Origin: Eledone cirrhosa
Taxonomy: Eukaryota
Reading direction: 5' to 3'
DNA: 64,000 nt
Assembly: GCA_964016885.1 (NCBI GenBank)
Contig: OZ024743.1
Span: 80,228,001-80,292,000, forward strand
The notes beneath the pieces were generated by a model. The model was not told the origin of the DNA. It worked only from the letters and a program-made list of their open reading frames with translations, and ran no database searches. A program made the translations under genes and the position numbers. Position 1 is the stretch's first letter; each line of letters opens with the position of its first letter. This document shows positions 57,301-64,000 of the stretch, piece by piece.

Positions 57301-60300
57301 TGTAGAGGTTGTAGTAGTAGTTGTTGTCACTGTAGTTGGTGTAGAGGTTGTAGTAGTAGTTATTGTCACTGTAGTTGGTGTAGAGGTTGTAGTAGTTGTT
57401 GTTGTCACTGTAGTTGGTGTAGAGGTTGTAGTAGTAGTTGTTGTTGTCACTGTAGTTGGTGTAGAGGTTGTAGTAGTAGTTGTTGTCACTGTAGTTGGTG
57501 TAGAGGTTGTAGTAGTAGTTGTTGTCACTGTAGTTGGTGTAGAGGATGTAGTAGTAGATGTTGTCACTGTAGTTGGTGTAGAGGTTGTAGTAGTAGTTGT
57601 TGTCACTGTAGTTGGTGTAGAGGTTGTAGTAGTAGTTGTTGTCACTGTAGTTGGTGTAGAGGTTGTAGTAGTAGTTGTTGTCACTGTAGTTGGTGTAGAG
57701 GTTGTAGTAGTAGTTGTTGTCACTGAAGTTGGTGTAGAGGTTGTAGTAGTAGTTGTTGTCACTGTAGTTGGTCTAGAGGTAGTAGTAGTTGTTGTCACTG
57801 TAGTTGGTGTAGAGGTTGTAGTAGTAGTTGTTGTCACTGTAGTTGGTGTAGAGGTTGTAGTAGTAGTTGTTGTCACTGTAGTTGGTGTAGAGGTTGTAGT
57901 AGTAGTTGTTGTTGTCACTGTAGTTGGTGTAGAGGTAGTAGTAGTTGTTGTCACTGTAGTTGGTGTAGAGGTTGTAGTAGTAGTTGTTGTCAATTTAGTT
58001 GGTGTAAAGGTTGTAGTAGTAGTTGTTGTCACTGTAGTTGGTGTAGAGGTTGTAGTAGTAGTTGTTGTCACTGTAGTTGGTGTAGAGGTTGTAGTAGTAG
58101 TTGTTGTCACTGTAGTTGGTGTAGAGGTTGTAGTAGTAGTTGTTGTCACTGTAGTTGGTGTAGAGGTTGTAGTAGTTGTTGTTGTCACTGTAGTTGGTGT
58201 AGAGGTAGTAGTATTTGTTGTTGTCACTGTAGTTGGTGTAGAGGTTGTAGTAGTAGTTGTTGTCACTGTAGTTGGTGTAAAGGTTGTAGTAGTTGTTGTT
58301 GTTCTCACTGTAGTTGGTGTAGAGGTTGTAGTAGTAGTTGTGGTCACTGTAGTTGGTGTAGAGGTTGTAGTTGTTGTTGTTGTCACTGTAGTTGGTGTAG
58401 AGGTTGTAGTAGTAGTTGTTGTCACTGTAGTTGGAGTAGAGGTTGTAGTAGTAGTTGTTGTCACTGTAGTTGGTGTAGAGTTTGTAGTAGTAGTTGTTGT
58501 CACTGTAGTTGGTGTAGAGATTGCAGTAGTAGTTGTTGTCACTGTAGTTGGTTTAGAGGTAGTAGTAGTTGTTGTCACTGTAGTTGGTGTAGAGATTGTA
58601 GTAGTAGTTGTTGTCACTGTAGTTGGTGTAGAGATTGCAGTAGTAGTTGTTGTCACTGTAGTTGGTGTAGAGGTTGTAGTAGTAGGTGTTGTTGTCACTG
58701 TAGTTGGTGTAGAGGTAGTAGTAGTAGTTGTTGTCACTGTAGTTGTTGTAGAGGTTGTAGTAGTAGTTGTTGTCACTGTAGCTGGTGTAGAGGTTATAGT
58801 AGTAGTTGTTGTCACTGTAGTTGGTGTAGAGTTTGTAGTAGTAGTTGTTGTCACTGTAGTTGGTGTAGAGGTTGTAGTTGCTGTTGTTGTCACTGTAGTT
58901 GGTGTAGAGGTTGTAGTTGTTGTTGTTGTCACTGTAGTTGGTGTAGAGGTTGTAGTTGCTGTTGTTGTCACTGTAGTTGGTGTAGAGGTTGTAGTAGTAG
59001 TTGTTGTCACTGTAGTTGGTGTAGAGGTTGTAGTTGTTGTTGTTGTCACTGTAGTTGGTGTAGAGGTTGTAGTAGTAGTTCTTGTCATTGTAGTTGGTGT
59101 AGAGGTTGTAGTAGTAGTTGTTGTCACTGTAGTTAGTGTAGAGGTAGTAGTTGCTGTTGTTGTCACTGTAGTTGGTGTAGAGGTTGTAGTTGTTGTTGTT
59201 GTCACTGTAGTTGGTGTAGAGGTTGTAGTTGTTGTTGTTGTCACTGTAGTTGGTGTAGAGGTTGTAGTAGTAGTTGTTGTCACTGTAGTTGGAGTAAAGG
59301 TTGTAGTAGTAGTTGTTGTCACTGTAGTTGGTGTAGAGGTAGTAGTTGCTGTTGTTGTCACTGTAGTTGGTGTAGAGGTTGTAGTTGTTGTTGTTATCAC
59401 TGTAGTTGGTGTAGAGGTTGTAGTAGTTGTTGTTGTCACTGTAGTTGGTGTAGAGGTTGTAGTTGCTGTTGTTGTCACTGTAGTTGGTGTAGAGGTTGTA
59501 GTAGTTGTTGTTGTCACTGTAGTTGGTGTAGAGGTTGTAGTAGTTGTTGTTGTCACTGTAGTTGGTGTAGAGGTTGTAGTAGTAGTTGTTGTCACTGTAG
59601 TTGGTGTAGAGGTTGTAGTTGTTGTTGTTGTCACTGTAGTTGGTGTAGAGGTTGTAGTAGTAGTTGTTGTCACTGTAGTTGGAGTAAAGGTTGTAGTAGT
59701 AGTTGTTGTCACTGTAGTTGGTGTAGAAGTTGTAGTTGTTATTGTTGTCACTGGAGTTGGTGTAGAGGTTGTAGTAGTAGTTGTTGTCACTGTAGTTGGT
59801 GTAGAGGTTGTAGTAGTTGTTGTTGTCACTGTAGTTGGTGTAGAGGTTGTAGTAGTAGTTGTAGTCACTGTAGTTGGTGTAGAGGTTGTAGTTGTTGTTG
59901 TTGTCACTGTAGTTGGTGTAGAGGTTGTAATAGTAGTTGTTGTCACTGTAGTTGGAGTAAAGGTTGTAGTAGTAGTTGTTGTCACTGTAGTTGGTGTAGA
60001 GGTAGTAGTTGCTGTTGTTGTCACTGTAGTTGGTGTAGAGGTTGTAGTTGTTGTTGTTGTCACTGTAGTTGGTGTAGAGGTTGTAGTAGTAGTTGTTGTC
60101 ACTGTAGTTGGTGTAGAGGTTGTAGTAGTTGTTGTTGTCATTGTAGTTGGTGTAGAGGTTGTAGTAGTAGTTGTTGTCACTGTAGTTGGTGTAGAGGTTG
60201 TAGTTGTTGTTGTTGTTGTCACTGTAGTTGGTGTAGAGGTTGTAGTAGTAGTTGTTGTCACTGTAGTTGGAGTCAAGGTTGTAGTAGTAGTTGTTGTCAC

Positions 60301-63300
60301 TGTAGTTGGTGTAGAGGTAGTAGTTGCTGTTGTTGTCACTGTAGTTGGTGTAGAGGTTGTAGTAGTTGTTGTTGTCACTGTAGATGGTGTACAGGTTGTA
60401 GTAGTAGTTGTTGTCACTGTAGTTGGTGTAGAGGTTGTAGTAGTAGTTGTTGTCACCGTAGTTGGTGTAGAGGTTGTAGTAGTAGTTGTTGTCACTGTAG
60501 TTGGTGTAGAGGTAGTAGTAGTAGTTGTTGTCACTGTAGTTGGTGTAGAGGTTGTAGTAGTAGTTGTTGTTACTGTAGTTGGTGTAGAGGTTGTAGTTGT
60601 TGTTGTTGTCACTGTAGTTGGTGTAGAGGTTGTAGTAGTAGTTGTTGTTACTGTAGTTGGTGTAGAGGTTGTAGTTGTTGTTGTTGTTGTCACTGTAGTT
60701 GGTGTAGAGGTTGTAGTAGTAGTTGTTGTCACTGTAGTTGGTGTAGAGGTTGTAGTAGTAGTTGTTGTCACTGTAGTTGGTGTAGAGGTTGTAGTAGTAG
60801 TTGTTGTCACTGTAGTTGGTGTAGAGGTTGTAGTAGTAATTGTTGTCACTGTAGTTGGTGTAGAGGTTGTAGTAGTTGTTGTTGTCACTGTAGTTGGTGT
60901 AGAGGTAGTAGTTGCTGTTGTTGTCACTGTAGTTGGTGTAGAGGTTGTAGTTGTTGTTGTCACTGTAGTTGGTGTAGAGGTTGTAGTTGTTGTTGTCACT
61001 GTAATTGGTGTAGAGGTTGTAGTAGTTGCTGTTGTCACTGTAGTTGGTGTAGAGGTTGTAGTGGTAGTTGTTGTCACTGTAGTTGGTGTAGAGGTTGTAG
61101 TAGTTGTTGTTGTCACTGTAGAGGTTGTAGTAGTTGTTGTTGTCAATGTAGTTGGTGTAGAGGTTGTAGTAGTAGTTGTTGTCACTGTTGTTGGTGTAGA
61201 GGTTGTAGTAGTTGTTGTTGTCACTGTAGAGGTTGTAGTAGTTGTTGTTGTCACTGTAGTTGGTGTAGAGGTTGTAGTAGTTGTTGTTGCCACTGTAGTT
61301 GGTGTAGAGGTTGTAGTAGTTGCTGTCACTGTAGTTGGTGTAGAGGTTGTAGTTGTTGTTGTTGTCACTCTAGTTGGTGTAGAGGTTGTAGTAGTTGTTG
61401 TTGTCACTGTAGTTGGTGTAGAGGTTGTAGTAGTAGTTGTTGTTGTCACTGTAGTTGGTGTAGATGTAGTAGTAGTTGTTGTTGTCACTGTAGGTGGTGT
61501 AGAGGTTGTAGTAGTAGTAGTTGTTGTCACTGTAGTTGGTGGAGAGGTTGTAGTAGTAGTTGTTGTCACTGTAGTTGGTGTAGAGGTTGTAGTAGTTGTT
61601 GTTGTCACTGTAGGTGGTGTAGAGGTTGTAGTAGTAGTAGTTGTTGTCACTGTAGTTGGTGTAGAGGTTGTAGTAGTTGTTGTTGTCACTGTAGTTGGTG
61701 TAGAGGATGTAGTAGTTGTTGTTGTCACTGCAGTTGGTGTAGAGGTAGTAGTAGTTGTTTTTGTCACTGTAGTTGGTGTAGAGGTTGTACCAGTTGTTGT
61801 TGTCACTGTAGTTGGTGTAGAGGTTTTAGTCGTAGTTGTTGTCACTGTAGTTGGTGTAGAGGTTGTAGTTGTAGTTGTTGTCACTCTAGTTGGTGTAGAG
61901 GTTGTAGTAGTAGTTGTTGTTGTCACTGTAGTTGGTGTAGAGGTTGTAGTAGTAGTTGTTGTCACTGTAGTTGGTGTGGAGGTTGTAGTAGTTGTTGTAG
62001 TCACTGTAGTTGGTGTAGAGGTTGTAGTAGTAGTTGTTGTCACTGTAGTTGGTGTAGAGGTTGTAGTTGTTGTTGTTGTCACTGTAGTTGGTGTAGAGAT
62101 TGTAGTAGTAGTTGGTGTTGTCACTCTAGTTGGTGTAGAGAGTGTAGTAGTAGTTGTTGTCACTGTAGTTGGTGTAGAGGTTGTAGTAGTAGTTGTTGTA
62201 ACTGTAGTTGGTGTAGAGGTTGTAGTTGTGGTTGTTGTCCCTGTAGTTGGTGTAGAGGTTGTAGTAGTATTTGGTGTTGTCACGCTAGTTGGTGTAGAGG
62301 TTGTAGTAGTAGTTGTTGTCACTGTAGTTGGTGTAGAGGTTGTAGTAGTTGTTGTTGTCACTGTAGTTGGTGTAGAGGTAGTAGTAGTAGTTGTTGTCAC
62401 TGTAGTTGGTGTAGAGGTTGTAGTAGTAGTTGTCACTGTAGTTGGTGTAGAGGTTGTAGTAGTAGTTGTTGTCACTGTAGTTGGTGTAGAGGTTGTAGTA
62501 GTAGTTGTTGTTGTCACTGTAGTTGGTGTAGAGGTAGTAGTAGTAGTTGTTGTCACTGTAGTTGTTGTAGAGGTAGTAGTAGTTGTTGTCACTGTAGTTG
62601 GTGTAGAGGTTGTAGTAGTAGTTGTTGTCACTGTAGTTGGTGTAGAGGTTGTAGTAGTAGTTGTTGTCACTGTAGTTGGTGTAGAGGTTGTAGTTGTTGT
62701 TGTTGTTGTCACTGTAGTTGGTGTAGAGGTTGTAGTAGTAGTTGCTGTCACTGTAGTTGGTGTAGAGGTTGTAGTAGTTGTAGTTGTTGTCACTGTAGTT
62801 GGTGTAGAGGTTGTAGTAGTAGTTGTTGTCACTGTAGTTGGTGTAGAGGTTGTAGTAGTTGTTGTTGTTGTCACTGTAGTTGGTGTAAAGGTTGTAGTAG
62901 TAGTTGTTGTCACTGTAGTTGGTGTAGAGGTTGTAGTAGTTGTTGTTGTTGTCACTGTAGTTGGTGTAGAGGTTGTAGTAGTAGTTGTTGTCACTGTAGT
63001 TGGTGTAGAGTTTGTAGTAGTAGTTGTTGTCACTGTAGTTGGTGTAGAGGTTGTAGTAGTTGTTGTTGTTGTCACTGTAGTTGGTGTAGAGGTTGTAGTA
63101 GTAGTCGTTGTCACTGTAGTTGGTGTAGAGGTTGTAGTAGTAGTTGTTGTCACTGTAGGTGGTGTAGAGGTAATAGTAGTAGTTGTTGTCACTGTAGTTG
63201 GTGTAGAGGTTGTAGTAGTAGTTGTTGTCACTGTAGTTGGTGTAGAGGTAGTAGTAGTTGTTGTCACTGTAGTTGGTGTAGAGGTTGTAGTAGTAGTTGT

Positions 63301-64000
63301 TGTCACTGTAGTTGGTGTAGAGGTTGTAGTAGTAGTTGTTGTCACTGTAGAGGTTGTAGTAGTAGTTGTTGTCACTGTAGTTGGTGTAGAGGTTGTAGTT
63401 GTTGTTGTTGTTGTCACTGTAGTTGGTGTAGAGGTTGTAGTAGTAGTTGTTGTCACTGTAGTTGGTGTAGAGGTTGTAGTAGTAGTTGTTGTCACTGTAG
63501 TTGGTGTAGAGGTTGTAGTAGTTGTTGTTGTTGTCACTGTAGTTGGTGTAGTGGATGTAGTAGTAGTTGTTGTTGTCACTGTAGTTGGTGTAGAGATTTT
63601 AGTAGTAGTTGTTGTCACTGTAGTTGGTGTAGAGGTTGTAGTAGTAGTTGTTCTCACTGTAGTTGTTGTAGAGGTTGTAGTTGTTATTGTTGTTGTCACT
63701 GTAGTTGGTGTAGAGATTGTAGTAGTAGTTGTTGTCACTGTAGTTGGTGTAGAGGTTGTAGTAGTAGTTGTTGTTGTCACTGTAGTTGGTGTAGAGGTAG
63801 TAGTAGTTGTAGTTGTCACTCTAGTTGGTGTAGAGAGTGTAGTAGTAGTTGTTGTCACTGTAGTTGGTGTAGAGGTTGTAGTAGTAGTTGTTGTCACTGT
63901 AGTTGGTGTAGAGGTTGTAGTTGTTGTTGTTGTCCCTGTAGTTGGTGTAGAGGTTGTAGTAGTATTTGGTGTTGTCACTCTAGTTGGTGTAGAGGTTGTA
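9900..64000. repeat. Giant 39-bp tandem array (~1,400 units by length/39), running off the right edge
   Basis: Plus-strand consensus GTCACTGTAGTTGGTGTAGAGGTTGTAGTAGTAGTTGTT. Length variants of 24, 27, 33, 36 and 42 bp are all multiples of 3. Confidence 0.99.
21394..64000 (-). CDS. Putative mucin-like Thr/Ser/Pro tandem-repeat (PTS) protein, partial; 5' end outside the window
   Basis: One uninterrupted frame of >14,000 codons of ([13 protein letters not shown])n ending at TAA 21394-21396. The listed start at 63978 is a GTG inside a repeat unit. No signal peptide or folded domain is visible, so coding status is unproven. Confidence 0.55.
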   Translation of the reverse strand, partial: TTSTPTRVTTPNTTTTSTPTTGTTTTTTTSTPTTVTTTTTTTSTPTTVTTTTTTLSTPTRVTTTTTTTSTPTTVTTTTTTTTSTPTTVTTTTTTISTPTTVTTTITTTTSTTTTVRTTTTTTSTPTTVTTTTTKISTPTTVTTTTTTTSTTPTTVTTTTTTTTSTPTTVTTTTTTTSTPTTVTTTTTTTSTPTTVTTTTTTTTSTPTTVTTTTTTTSTVTTTTTTTSTPTTVTTTTTTTSTPTTVTTTTTTSTPTTVTTTTTTTSTPTTVTTTTTITSTPPTVTTTTTTTSTPTTVTTTTTTTSTPTTVTTTTTTTTSTPTTVTTTTTTNSTPTTVTTTTTTTSTPTTVTTTTTTTTSTPTTVTTTTTTTFTPTTVTTTTTTTTSTPTTVTTTTTTTSTPTTVTTTTTTTTSTPTTVTATTTTTSTPTTVTTTTTTTTSTPTTVTTTTTTTSTPTTVTTTTTTTSTPTTVTTTTTTSTTTTVTTTTTTTSTPTTVTTTTTTTTSTPTTVTTTTTTTSTPTTVTTTTTTSTPTTVTTTTTTTSTPTTVTTTTTTTSTPTTVTTTTTTTSTPTSVTTPNTTTTSTPTTGTTTTTTTSTPTTVTTTTTTTSTPTTVTTTTTTLSTPTRVTTPTTTTISTPTTVTTTTTTTSTPTTVTTTTTTTSTPTTVTTTTTTTSTPTTVTTTTTTTSTPTTVTTTTTTTTSTPTRVTTTTTTTSTPTTVTTTTTKTSTPTTVTTTTGTTSTPTTVTKTTTTTSTPTAVTTTTTTSSTPTTVTTTTTTTSTPTTVTTTTTTTTSTPPTVTTTTTTTSTPTTVTTTTTTTSPPTTVTTTTTTTTSTPPTVTTTTTTTSTPTTVTTTTTTTTSTPTTVTTTTTTTSTPTRVTTTTTTTSTPTTVTATTTTSTPTTVATTTTTTSTPTTVTTTTTTTSTVTTTTTTTSTPTTVTTTTTTTSTPTTLTTTTTTTSTVTTTTTTTSTPTTVTTTTTTTSTPTTVTTATTTTSTPITVTTTTTTSTPTTVTTTTTTSTPTTVTTTATTTSTPTTVTTTTTTTSTPTTVTTITTTTSTPTTVTTTTTTTSTPTTVTTTTTTTSTPTTVTTTTTTTSTPTTVTTTTTTTTSTPTTVTTTTTTTSTPTTVTTTTTTTSTPTTVTTTTTTTSTPTTVTTTTTTTSTPTTVTTTTTTTSTPTTVTTTTTTTSTPTTVTTTTTTTCTPSTVTTTTTTTSTPTTVTTTATTTSTPTTVTTTTTTTLTPTTVTTTTTTTSTPTTVTTTTTTTTSTPTTVTTTTTTTSTPTTMTTTTTTTSTPTTVTTTTTTTSTPTTVTTTTTTTSTPTTVTTTATTTSTPTTVTTTTTTTFTPTTVTTTTITTSTPTTVTTTTTTTSTPTTVTTTTTTTSTPTTVTTTTTTTSTPTTVTTTTTTTSTPTPVTTITTTTSTPTTVTTTTTTTFTPTTVTTTTTTTSTPTTVTTTTTTTSTPTTVTTTTTTTSTPTTVTTTTTTTSTPTTVTTTTTTTSTPTTVTTTATTTSTPTTVTTTTTTTSTPTTVITTTTTTSTPTTVTTTATTTSTPTTVTTTTTTTFTPTTVTTTTTTTSTPTTVTTTTTTTSTPTTVTTTTTTTSTPTTVTTTATTTSTLTTVTTTTTTTSTPTTMTRTTTTTSTPTTVTTTTTTTSTPTTVTTTTTTTSTPTTVTTTATTTSTPTTVTTTTTTTSTPTTVTTTATTTSTPTTVTTTTTTNSTPTTVTTTTTITSTPATVTTTTTTTSTTTTVTTTTTTTSTPTTVTTTPTTTTSTPTTVTTTTTAISTPTTVTTTTTTISTPTTVTTTTTTSKPTTVTTTTTAISTPTTVTTTTTTNSTPTTVTTTTTTTSTPTTVTTTTTTTSTPTTVTTTTTTTSTPTTVTTTTTTTSTPTTVRTTTTTTTFTPTTVTTTTTTTSTPTTVTTTNTTTSTPTTVTTTTTTTSTPTTVTTTTTTTSTPTTVTTTTTTTSTPTTVTTTTTTTSTPTTVTTTTTTTFTPTKLTTTTTTTSTPTTVTTTTTTSTPTTVTTTTTTTTSTPTTVTTTTTTTSTPTTVTTTTTTTSTPTTVTTTTTTSRPTTVTTTTTTTSTPTSVTTTTTTTSTPTTVTTTTTTTSTPTTVTTTTTTTSTPTTVTTTTTTTSTPTTVTTSTTTSSTPTTVTTTTTTTSTPTTVTTTTTTTSTPTTVTTTTTTTTSTPTTVTTTTTTTSTPTTVTITTTTTSTPTTVTTTTTTTSTPTTVTTTTTTTTSTPTTVTTTTTTTSTPTTVTTTTTTTSTPTTVTTTTTTTSTPTTVTTTTTTTSTPTTVTTTTTTTYTPTTVTTTTTTTSTPTTVTTTTTTTSTPTTVTTTTTTTSTPTTVTTTTTTTTATPTTVTTTTTTTSTPTTMTTTTTTTSTPTTVTTTTTTTSTPTTVTTTTTTTSSPTTVTTTATTTSTLTTVTTTTTTTSTPTTMTKTTTTTSTPTTVTTTTTTTSTPTTVTTTTTTTSTPTTVTTTTTTTSTPTTVTTTTTTTCTPTTVTTTATTTSTPTTVTTTTTTTSTPTTVSTTATTTSTPTTVTTTTTTNSTPTTVTTTTTITSTPATVTTTTTTTSTTTTVTTTTTTTSTPTTVTTTTTTTTSTPTTVTTTTTAISTPTTVTTTTTTISTPTTVTTTTTTSTPTTVTTTTTAISTPTTVTTTTTTNSTPTTVTTTTTTTSTPTTVTTTTTTTSTPTTLTSTTTTTSTPTTVTTTTTTTSTPTTVRTTTTTTTFTPTTVTTTATTTSTPTTVTTTTTTTSTPTTVTTTTTTNSTPTTVTTTATTTSTPTTVTTTNTTTSTPTTVTTTTTTTSTPTTVTTTTTTISTPTTVTTTTSITSTPPTVTTTTTTTSTPTTVTTTTTTTSTPTTVTTTTTTTTSTPTTVTTTTTTNSTPTTVTTTTTTTSTPTTVTTTTTTTTSTPTTVTTTTTTTFTPTTVTTTTTTTTSTPTTVTTTTTTTSTPTTVTTTTTTTTSTPTTVTATTTTTSTPTTVTTTTTTTTSTPTTVTTTTTTTSTPTTVTTTTTTTSTPTTVTTTTTTSTTTTVTTTTTTTSTPTTVTTTTTTTTSTPTTVTTTTTTTSTPTTVTTTTTTSTPTTVTTTTTTTSTPTTVTTTTTTTSTPTTVTTTTTTTSTPTSVTTPNTTTTSTPTTGTTTTTTTSTPTTVTTTTTTTSTPTTVTTTTTTLSTPTRVTTPTTTTISTPTTVTTTTTTTSTPTTVTTTTTTTSTPTTVTTTTTTTSTPTTVTTTTTTTSTPTTVTTTTTTTTSTPTTVTTTTTTTSTPTTVTTTTTKTSTPTTVTTTTGTTSTPTTVTKTTTTTSTPTAVTTTTTTSSTPTTVTTTTTTTSTPTTVTTTTTTTTSTPPTVTTTTTTTSTPTTVTTTTTTTSPPTTVTTTTTTTTSTPPTVTTTTTTTSTPTTVTTTTTTTTSTPTTVTTTTTTTSTPTRVTTTTTTTSTPTTVTATTTTSTPTTVATTTTTTSTPTTVTTTTTTTSTVTTTTTTTSTPTTVTTTTTTTSTPTTLTTTTTTTSTVTTTTTTTSTPTTVTTTTTTTSTPTTVTTATTTTSTPITVTTTTTTSTPTTVTTTTTTSTPTTVTTTATTTSTPTTVTTTTTTTSTPTTVTTITTTTSTPTTVTTTTTTTSTPTTVTTTTTTTSTPTTVTTTTTTTSTPTTVTTTTTTTTSTPTTVTTTTTTTSTPTTVTTTTTTTSTPTTVTTTTTTTSTPTTVTTTTTTTSTPTTVTTTTTTTSTPTTVTTTTTTTSTPTTVTTTTTTTCTPSTVTTTTTTTSTPTTVTTTATTTSTPTTVTTTTTTTLTPTTVTTTTTTTSTPTTVTTTTTTTTSTPTTVTTTTTTTSTPTTMTTTTTTTSTPTTVTTTTTTTSTPTTVTTTTTTTSTPTTVTTTATTTSTPTTVTTTTTTTFTPTTVTTTTITTSTPTTVTTTTTTTSTPTTVTTTTTTTSTPTTVTTTTTTTSTPTTVTTTTTTTSTPTPVTTTTTTTSTPTTVTTTTTTTFTPTTVTTTTTTTSTPTTVTTTTTTTSTPTTVTTTTTTTSTPTTVTTTTTTTSTPTTVTTTTTTTSTPTTVTTTATTTSTPTTVTTTTTTTSTPTTVITTTTTTSTPTTVTTTATTTSTPTTVTTTTTTTFTPTTVTTTTTTTSTPTTVTTTTTTTSTPTTVTTTTTTTSTPTTVTTTATTTSTLTTVTTTTTTTSTPTTMTRTTTTTSTPTTVTTTTTTTSTPTTVTTTTTTTSTPTTVTTTATTTSTPTTVTTTTTTTSTPTTVTTTATTTSTPTTVTTTTTTNSTPTTVTTTTTITSTPATVTTTTTTTSTTTTVTTTTTTTSTPTTVTTTPTTTTSTPTTVTTTTTAISTPTTVTTTTTTISTPTTVTTTTTTISTPTTVTTTTTTSTPTTVTTTTTTTSTPTTVTTTTTAISTPTTVTTTTTTNSTPTTVTTTTTTTSTPTTVTTTTTTTSTPTTVTTTTTTTSTPTTVTTTTTTTSTPTTVRTTTTTTTFTPTTVTTTATTTSTPTTVTTTTTTTSTPTTVTTTATTTSTPTTVTTTTTTNSTPTTVTTTTTITSTPATVTTTTTTTSTTTTVTTTTTTTSTPTTVTTTPTTTTSTPTTVTTTTTAISTPTTVTTTTTTISTPTTVTTTTTTISTPTTVTTTTTTSTPTTVTTTTTTTSTPTTVTTTTTAISTPTTVTTTTTTNSTPTTVTTTTTTTSTPTTVTTTTTTTSTPTTVTTTTTTTSTPTTVTTTTTTTSTPTTVRTTTTTTTFTPTTVTTTTTTTSTPTTVTTTNTTTSTPTTVTTTTTTTSTPTTVTTTTTTTSTPTTVTTTTTTTSTPTTVTTTTTTTSTPTTVTTTTTTTFTPTKLTTTTTTTSTPTTVTTTTTTSTPTTVTTTTTTTTSTPTTVTTTTTTSRPTTVTTTTTTTSTPTSVTTTTTTTSTPTTVTTTTTTTSTPTTVTTTTTTTSTPTTVTTTTTTTSTPTTVTTSTTTSSTPTTVTTTTTTTSTPTTVTTTTTTTSTPTTVTTTTTTTTSTPTTVTTTTTTTSTPTTVTITTTTTSTPTTVTTTTTTTSTPTTVTTTTTTTTSTPTTVTTTTTTTSTPTTVTTTTTTTSTPTTVTTTTTTTSTPTTVTTTTTTTSTPTTVTTTTTTTYTPTTVTTTTTTTSTPTTVTTTTTTTSTPTTVTTTTTTTSTPTTVTTTTTTTTATPTTVTTTTTTTSTPTTMTTTTTTTSTPTTVTTTTTTTSTPTTVTTTTTTTSTPTTVTTTATTTSTLTTVTTTTTTTSTPTTMTKTTTTTSTPTTVTTTTTTTSTPTTVTTTTTTTSTPTTVTTTTTTTSTPTTVTTTTTTTCTPTTVTTTATTTSTPTTVTTTTTTTSTPTTVSTTATTTSTPTTVTTTTTTNSTPTTVTTTTTITSTPATVTTTTTTTSTTTTVTTTTTTTSTPTTVTTTTTTTTSTPTTVTTTTTAISTPTTVTTTTTTISTPTTVTTTTTTSTPTTVTTTTTAISTPTTVTTTTTTNSTPTTVTTTTTTTSTPTTVTTTTTTTSTPTTLTSTTTTTSTPTTVTTTTTTTSTPTTVRTTTTTTTFTPTTVTTTATTTSTPTTVTTTTTTTSTPTTVTTTTTTNSTPTTVTTTATTTSTPTTVTTTNTTTSTPTTVTTTTTTTSTPTTVTTTTTTISTPTTVTTTTTTNSTPTTVTTTTTTTSTPTTVTTSTTTTSTPTTVTTTTTTTSTPTTVTTTTTTTSTPTTVTTTTTTTSTPTTVTTTTTTTSTPTTVTTTTTTTSTPTTVTTTTTTTSTPTTVTTTTTTTSTPTTVTTTTTTISTPTTVTTTTTTNSTPTTVTTTTTTTSTPTTVTTTTTTTSTPTTVTTTTTTTSTPTTVTTTTTTTTSTPTTVTTTTTTTSTPTTMTTTTTTTTSTPTTVTTTTTTTSTPTTVTTTTTTTPTPTTVTTTTTTTSTPTTVTTTTTTTTSTPTTVTTTTTTTSTPTTVTTTTTTTSTPTTVTTTTTTTTSTPTTVTTTTTTTSTPTTVTTTTTTTTSTPTTMTTTTTTTSTPTTVTTTTTTTSTPTTVTTTTTTNSTPTTVTTTATTTSTPTTVTTTNTTTSTPTTVTTTTTTTSTPTTVITTTTTISTPTTVTTTTTTNSTPTTVTTTTTTTSTPTTVTTTTTTTSTPTTVTTTTTTTSTPTTVTTTTTTTSTPTTVTTTTTTTSTPTTVTTTTTTTSTPTTVTTTTTTTSTPTTVTTTTTTTSTPTTVTTTTTTTSTPTTVTTTTTTISTPTTVTTTTTTNSTPTTVTTTTTTTSTPTTVTTTTTTTSTPTTVTTTTTTTSTPTTVTTTTTTTSTPTIVTTTTTTTTSTPTTVTTTTTTTSTPTTVTRTTTTTTSTPTTVTTTTTTTSTPTTVTTTTTTTPTPTTVTTTTTTTSTPTTVTTTTTTTTSTPTTVTTTTTTTSTPTTVTTTTTTTSTPTTVTTTTTTTTSTPTTVTTTTTTTSTPTTVTTTTTTTTSTPTTMTTTTTTTSTPTTVTTTTTTTSTPTTVTTTTTTTSTPTTVTTTTTTTSTPTTVTTTTTTTSTPTTVTTTTTTTPTPTTVTTTTTTTSTPTTVTTTTTTTSTPTTVTTTTTTTSTQTTVTTSTTTSSTPTTVTTTTTTTSTPTTVTTTTTTTSTPTTVTTTTTTTTSTPTTVTTTTTTTSIVTTTTTTTSTPTTVTTTTTTTSTPTTVTTTTTTTSTPTTVTITTTTTSTPTTVTTTTTTTSTPTTVTTTTTTTTSTPTTVTTTTTTTSTPTTVTTTTTTTSTPTTVTTTTTTTSTPTTVTTTTTTTSTPTTVTTTTTTTSTPTTVTTTTTTTSTPTTVTTTTTTTSTPTTMTTTTTTTSTPTTVTTTTTTTTATPTTVTTTTTTTSTPTTVTTTTTTTSTPTTVTTTTTTTSTPTTVTTTTTTTSTPTTVTTTATTTSTLTTVTTTTTTTSTPTTMTRTTTTTSTPTTVTTTTTTTSTPTTVTTTTTTTSTPTTVTTTTTTTSTPTTVTTTTTTTCTPTTVTTTATTTSTPTTVTTTTTTTSTPTTVTTTATTTSTPTTVTTTTTTNSTPTTVTTTTTITSTPATVTTTTTTTSTTSTVTTTTTTTSTPTTVTTTTTAISTPTTVTTTTTTISTPTTVTTTTTTSTPTTVTTTTTAISTPTTVTTTTTTNSTPTTVTTTTTTTSTPTTVTTTTTTTSTTTTVTTTTTTTSTPTTVTRTTTTTSTPTTVRTITTTTTFTPTTVTTTATTTSTPTTVTTTTTTTSTVTTTTATTTSTPTTVTTTTTTTSTPTTVTTTTTTTSTPTTVTTTTTTTSTPTTVTTTTTTTSRPTTETTTTTTSSTPTTVTTTTTSTPTTVTTTTTTTSTPTTVTTTTTTSSSTPTTVTTTTTTTSTQTTVTTTTTTTSTPTTVTTTTTTTSTPTTVSTTTTTTSTPTTVTTTTTTTSTPTTVTRTTTTTSTPTTVRTITTTTTFTPTTVTTTATTTSTPTTVTTTTTTTSTVTTTTATTTSTPTTVTTTTTTTSTPTTVTTTTTTTSTPTTVTTTTTTTSTPTTVTTTTTTTSRPTTETTTTTTSSTPTTVTTTTTSTPTTVTTTTTTTSTPTTVTTTTTTSSSTPTTVTTTTTTTSTQTTVTTTTTTTSTPTTVTTTTTTTSTPTTVSTTTTTTSTPTTVTTTTTTTSTPTTVTTTTTTTSTPTTVTTTTTTTTFTPTKLTTTTTTTSTPTTVTTTTTTTTSTPTTVTTTTTTTSTPTTVTTTTTTTSTPTTVTTTTTTTSTPTTVTTTTTTTSRPTTETTTTTTSSTPTTVTTTTTSTPTTVTTTTTTTSTVTTTTTTTSTPTTVTTTTTTTSTPTTVTTTTTTTSTPTTVTTTTTTTSTPTTVTTTTTTTSTPTTVTTTTTTTSTPTTVTTTTTTTSTPTTVTTTTTTTSTPTTVTTTTTTTSTPTTVTTTTTTSTPTTVTTTTTTTSTPTTVTTTTTTTSTPTTVTTTTTTTSTPTTVTTTTTTTSTPTTVTTTTNTTSTPTTVTTTTTTTSTPTTVTTTTTTTSTVTTTTTTTSTPTTVTTTTTTTSTPTTVTTTTTTTSTPTTVTTTTTTTSTPTTVTTTTTTTSTPTTVTTTTTTTSTPTTVTTTTTTTTSTPTTVTTTTTTTSTPTTVTTTTTTTSTPTTVTTTTTTTSTVTTTTATTTSTPTTVTTTTTTTSTPNTVTTTTTTTSTPTTVTTTATTTSTPTTVTTTTTTTSTPTTVTTTTTTTSTPTTVTTTTTTTSTPTTVTTTATTTSTPTTVTTTTTTTFTPTTVTTTTTTTSTPTTVTTTTTTTSTPTTVTTTTTTTSTPTTVTTTATTTSTPTTVTTTTTTTSTPTTVTTSTTTTSTPTTTTTSTPTTVTTTTTTTSTPTTVRTTTTTTSTPTTVTTTTTTTSTPTTVTTTTTTSSSTPTTVTTTTTTTSTQTTVTTTTTTTSTPTTVTTTTTTNSTVTTTTTTTSTPTTVTTTTTTTSTPTTVTTTTTTTSTPTTVTTTSTTSSTPTTVTTTTTTTSTPTTVTTTTTTTSTPTTVTTTTTTTSTPTTVTTTTTTTSTPTTVTTTTTTTSTPTTVTTTTTTTTTPTTVTTTTTTTSTPTTVTTTTTTTSTPTTVTTTTTTTSTPTTVTTTTTTTSTPTTVTTTTTTTSTPTTVTTTTTTTSTLTTTTTTTSTPTTVTTTTTTTSTPTTVTTTTTTTSTPTTVTTTTTTTSTPTTVTTTTTTTSTPTTVTTTTTTTSTPTTVTTTTTTTTSTPTTVTTTTTTTSTPTTVTTTATTTSTPTTVTTTTTTTSTVTTTTATTTSTPTTVTTTTTTTSTPTTVTTTTTTTSTPTTVTKTATTTSTPTTVTTTTTTTSTPTTVTTTTTTTSTPTTVTTTTTTTSTLTTVTTTATTTSTPTTVTTTTTTTSTPTTVTTTTTTTSTPTTVTTTTTTTSTPTTVTTTTTTTSPPTTVTTTATTTSTPTTVTTTTTTTSTPTTVTTTTTTTSTPTTVTTTTTTISTPTTVTTTTTTSIPTTVTTTTTTTSTPTTVTTTTITKSTPTTVTTTTTTTSTPTTVTTTTTTTSTPTTVTTTTTTSTPTTVTTTTTTSSSTPTTVTTTTTTNSTQTTVTTTTTTTSTPTTLTTTTTSTSTPTTVTTTTTTTSTQTTVTTTTTTTCTPTTVTTTTTTTSTPTTVTTTTTTTTFPPTKLTTTTTTTSTPTTVTTTTTTTTSTPTTVTTTTTTTSTPTTVTTTTTTTSTPTTVTTTRTTNSTPTTVTTTTTTTTSTQTTVTTTTTTTSTPTTVTTTTTTTSTPTTVTTTTTTTTFTPTKLTTTTTTSTPTTVTTTTTTSSSTPTTVTTTTTTTSTQTTVTTTTTTTSTPTTVTTTTTTTSTPTTVTTTTTTTSTPTTVTTTTTTTSTPTTVTTTTTTTSTPTTVTTTTTTTSTPTTVTTTTTTTSRPTTETTTTTTSSTPTTVTTTTTSIPTTVTTTTTTTSTVTTTTTTTSTPTTVTTTTTTTSTHTTVTTTTTTTSTPTTVTTTTTTSSTPTTVTTTTTTTSTPTTVTTTTTTTSTPTTVTTTTTTTSTPTTVTTTTTTTTSTPTTVTTTTTTTSTPTTVTTTTTNSTPTTVTTTTTTTSTPTTVTTTTTTTSTPTTVTTTTTTTSTPTTVTTTTTTTSTPTTVTRTTNTTSTPTTVTTTTTTTSTPTTVTTTTTTTSTVTTTTTTTSTPTTVTTTTTTTSTPTTVTTTTTTTSTPTTVTTTTTTTSTPTTVTTTTTTTSTPTTVTTTTTTTSTPTTVTTTTTTTTSTPTTVTTTTTTTSTPTTVTTTTTTTTTPTTVTTTTTTTSTVTTTTATTTSTTTTVTTTTTTTSTPTTVTTTTTTTSTPTTVTTTATTTSTPTTVTTITTTTSTPTTVTTTTTTTSTPTTVTTTTTTTSTPTTVTTTATTTSTPTTVTTTTTTTSTPTTVTTTTTTTSTPTTVTTTTTTTSPPTTVTTTATTTSTPTTVTTTTTTTSTPTTVTTTTTTTSTPTTVTTTTTTISTPTTVTTTTTTSIPTTVTTTTTSASTPTTVTTTTITKSTPTTVTTTTTTTSTPTTVTTTTTTTSTPTTVTTTTTTTSTPTTVTTTTTTSSSTPTTVTTTTTTTSTPTTVTTTTTTISTPTTVTTTTTTSIPTTVTTTTTSTSTPTTVTTTTITKSTPTTVTTTTTTNSTPTTVTTTTTTTSTQTTVTTTTTTTSTPTTVTTTTTTTSTPTTVTTTTTTTSTQTTVTTTTTTTSTPTTVTTTTTTTSTPTTVTTTTTTTTFPPTKLTTTTTTTSTPTTVTTTTTTTTSTPTTVTTTTTTTSTPTTVTTTTTTTSTPTTVTTTTTTNSTPTTVTTTTTTTTSTQTTVITTTTTTSTPTTVTTTTTTTSTPTTVTTTTTTTTFTPTKLTTTTTTSTPTTVTTTTTTSSSTPTTVTTTTTTTSTQTTVTTTTTTTSTPTTVTTTTTTTSTPTTVTTTTTTTSTPTTVTTTTTTTSTPTTVTTTTTTTSTPTTVTTTTTTTSRPTTETTTTTTSSTPTTVTTTTTSTPTTVTTTTTTTSTVTTTTTTTSTPTTVTTTTTTTSTHTTVTTTTTTTSTPTTVTTTTTTTSTPTTVTTTTTTTTSTPTTVTTTTTTTSTPTTVTTTTTTTSTPTTVTTTTTTSTPTTVTTTATTTSTPTTVTTITTTTSTPTTVTTTTTTTSTPTTVTTTTTTTSTPTTVTTTATTTSTPTTVTTTTTTTSTPTTVTTTTTTTSTPTTVTTTTTTTSTPTTVTTTTTTTSPPTTVTTTATTTSTPTTVTTTTTTTSTPTTVTTTTTTTSTPTTVTTTTTTISTPTTVTTTTTTSIPTTVTTTTTTTSTPTTVTTTTITKSTPTTVTTTTTTTSTPTTVTTTTTTTSTPTTVTTTTTTTSTPTTVTTTTTTSSSTPTTVTTTTTTTSTQTTVTTTTTTTSTPTTVTTTTTTTSTPTTVTTTTTTTSTQTTVTTTTTTTSTPTTVTTTTTTTSTPTTVTTTTTTTTFPPTKLTTTTTTTSTPTTVTTTTTTTTSTPTTVKNTTTTSSTPTTVTTTTTTTSTPTTVTTTTTTTSTPTTVTTTTTTTTSTQTTVTTTTTTTSTPTTVTTTTTTNSTPTTVTTTTTTTTFTPTKLTTTTTTSTPTTVTTTTTTSSSTPTTVTTTTTTTSTQTTVTTTTTTTSTPTTVTTTTTTTSTPTTVTTTTTTTSTPTTVTTTTTTTSTPTTVTTTTTTTSTPTTVTTTTTTTSTPTTVTTTTTTTSRPTTETTTTTTSSTPTTVTTTTTSTPTTVTTTTTTTSTVTTTTTTTSTPTTVTTTTTTTSTHTTVTTTTTTTSTPTTVTTTTTTSSTPTTVTTTTTTTSTPTTVTTTTTTTSTPTTVTTTTTTTSTPTTVTTTTTTTSTPTTVTTTTTTTSTPTTVTTTTTTSTPTTVTTTTTTTSTLTTVTTTTTTTSTPTTVTTTTTTTSTPTTVTTTTTTTSTPTTVTRTTNTTSTPTTVTTTTTTTSTPTTVTTTTTTTSTVTTTTATTTSTTTTVTTTTTTTSTPTTVTTTTTTTSTPTTVTTTATTTSTPTTVTTTTTTTSTPTTVTTTTTTTSTPTTVTTTTTTTSTPTTVTTTATTTSTPTTVTTTTTTTSTPTTVTTTTTTTSTPTTVTTTTTTTTTPTTVTTTTITTSTPTTVTTTATTTSTPTTVTTTTTTTSTPTTVTTTTTTTSTPTTTTTSTPTTVTTTTTTTSTPTTVTTTTTTTSTPTTVTTTTTTTSTPTTVTTTTTTSSSTPTTVTTTTTTTSTQTTVTTTTTTTSTPTTVTTTTTTTSTPTTVTTTTTTTSTQTTVTTTTTTTSTPTTVTTTTTTTSRPTTVTTTTTTTTFPPTKLTTTTTTTSTPTTVTTTTTTTTSTPTTVTTTTTTTSTPTTVTTTTTTTSTPTTVTTTTTTNSTPTTVTTTTTTTSRPTTVTTTTTTSSTPTTVTTTTTSTPTTVTTTTTTISTVTTTTTTTSTPTTVTTTTTTISTPTTVTTTTTTTSTPTTVTTTTTTTSTPTTVTTTTTTTSTPTTVTTSTTTTSTPTTVTTTTTTTFTPTTVTTTTTTTSTPTTVTTTTTTTPTPTTVTTTTTTTSTPTTVTTTTTTTSTPTTVTTTTTTTSTPTTVTTTTTITSTPTKVTTTTNTTSTPTTVTTTTTTTSTPTTVTTTTTTTSTPTTVTTTTTTTSTPTTVTTTTTTTSTPTTVTTTATTTSTPTTVTTTTTTTSTPTTVTTTTTTTSTPTTVTTTTTTTSTPTTVTTTTTTTSTPTTVTTTATTTSTPTTVTTTTTTTSTPTTVTTTTTTTSTPTTTTTSTPTTVTTTTTTTSTPTTVTTTSTTTSTPTTVTTTTTTTSTPTTVTTTTTTTCTPTTVTTTATTTSTPTTVTTTTTTTSTPTTVTTTTTTTSTPTTVTTTTTTTSTPTTVTTTTTTTTSTPTTVTTTTTTTSTTTTVTTTTTTTSTPTTVTTTTTKTSIPTTGTTTTTTTSTPTTVTTATTTNSTPTTVTITTTTTSTPATVTTTTTTTSTTTTVTTTTTPTSTPTTVTKTTTTTTSTPTTVTTTTTTISTPTTVTKTTTTSIPTTVTTTTTTTSTPTTVTTTTTTKSTPTTVTTTTTTTSTPTTGTTTTTTTSTPTTVTTTTTTTSTPTTMTTTTTTLSTPTTVTTTTTTTSSTPTTVTTTTTTTSTPTRVTTTTTTTSTPTTVTTTTTTTSTPTTVTTTTTTTSTPTTVTTTTTTTSTPTTVTTPTTTTTSTPTTVTTTTTTTSTPTTVTTTTTTTSTPTTVTTTTTTTSTPTTGSTTTTTTSTPTTVTTTTTTTSTPTTVTTTTTTTTSTPTTVTTTTTKTSTPTTVTTTTTTTSTPTTVTTTTTTTSTPTTVTTTTTTTTSTPTTVTTTTTTTSTPTTVTTTTTTTSTPTTVTTTTTTTSTPATVTTTTTTTSTPTTVTTTTTTTSTPTTGTTTTTTTSTPTTMTTTTTTTSTPTTGTTTTTTTSTPTTVTTTTTTTSTPTTVTTTTTTTTSTPTTVTTTTTTTSTPTTVTTTTTTTTSTPTTVTTTTTTTSTPTTVTTTTTTTSTPTTVTTTTTTTPTPTTVTTTTTTTSTPTTVTTTTTTTTSTPTTVTTTTTTSTPTTVTTTTTTTPTPTTVTTTTTTTTSTPTTVTTTTTTSTPTTVTKTTTTTSTPTTVTTTTTTTTSTPTTVTTTTTTTSTPTTVTTTTTTSTPTTVTTTTTTTTSSPTTGTTTTTTTSTPTTVTTTTTTTSTPTTVTTSTTTTSSTPTTVTTTTTTTSSTPTTVTTTTTTTSSTPTTVTTTTTTTSTPTTVTTTTTTTTSTPTTVTTTTTTTSTPTTVRTTTTTTTSAPTTVTTTTTTTSTPTTVTTTTTTTTSTPTTVTTTTTTTSSTPTTVTTTATTNSTPTTVTTTTTTNSTPTTVTTTTTTTSTPTTVTTTATTNSTPTTVTTTTTTNSTPTTVTTTTTTNSTPTTVATTTTTTTSTPTTVTTTATTNSTPTTVTTTTTTTTSTPTTVTTTATTNSTPTTVTTTTTTSTQTTVTTTTTTTSTPTTVTTTTTTTSTPTTVTTTTTTTSTQTTVTTTTTTTSTPTTVTTTTTTTSTPTTVTTTTTTTTFPPTKLTTTTTTTSTPTTVTTTTTTTTSTPTTVTTTTTTTSTPITVTTTTTTTSTPTTVTTTTTTNSTPTAVTTTTTTTSRPTTVTTTTTTSSTPTTVTTTTTSTPTTVTTTTTTTSTVTTTTTTTSTPTTVTTTTTTTSTPTTVTTTTTTTSTPTTVTTTTTTTSTPTTVTTTTTTTSTPTTVTTTTTTTPTPTTVTTTTTTTSTPTTVTTTTTTTFTPTTVTTTTTTTSTPTTVTTTTTTTPTPTTVTTTTTTTSTPTTVTTTTTTTSTPTTVTTTTTTTSTPTTVTTTTTITSTPTTVTTTTNTTSTPTTVTTTTTTTSTPTTVTTTTTTTSTVTTTTTTTSTPTTVTTTTTTTSTPTTVTTTTTTTSTPTTVTTTTTTTTSTPTTVTTTTTTTSTPTTVTTTTTTTSTPTTVTTTTTTTSTPTTVTTTTTTTSTLTTTTATTTSTPTTVTTTTTTISTPTTVSTTTTTTSTPTTVTTTATTTSTPTTVTTTTTTTSTPTTVTTTTTTSSTPTTVTTTTTTTSTPTTVTTTATTTSTPTTVTTTTTTTSTPTTVTTTTTTTSTPTTVTTTTTTTSTPTTVTTTTTTTSTPTTVTTTATTTSTPTTVTTTTTTTSTPTTVTTTTTTTST

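Overview
Eukaryotic, repeat-dominated window with no prokaryotic features. The tRNA-derived SINE family resembles one I recall from octopus genomes (recalled, not searched). Positions 1-9360 hold six copies of that SINE, older SINE and LINE relics, CA/CT microsatellites, a ~3.45 kb (CACTA)n array abutting the 3' end of an internally deleted RTE-type LINE, and a 46-bp palindromic minisatellite. From ~9390 to the right edge lie a (GTA)n tract and then a >54 kb array of a 39-bp unit. On the minus strand this array reads, with no frameshift, as a mucin-like ([13 protein letters not shown])n of >18,000 codons broken by one TAA at 21394-21396; its 5' end is outside the window. The array is built from nested duplications of ~0.7 to ~8.5 kb. 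The sequence alone cannot show whether it is a giant mucin exon or a non-coding satellite, because no single substitution in the consensus unit can create a stop in that frame.
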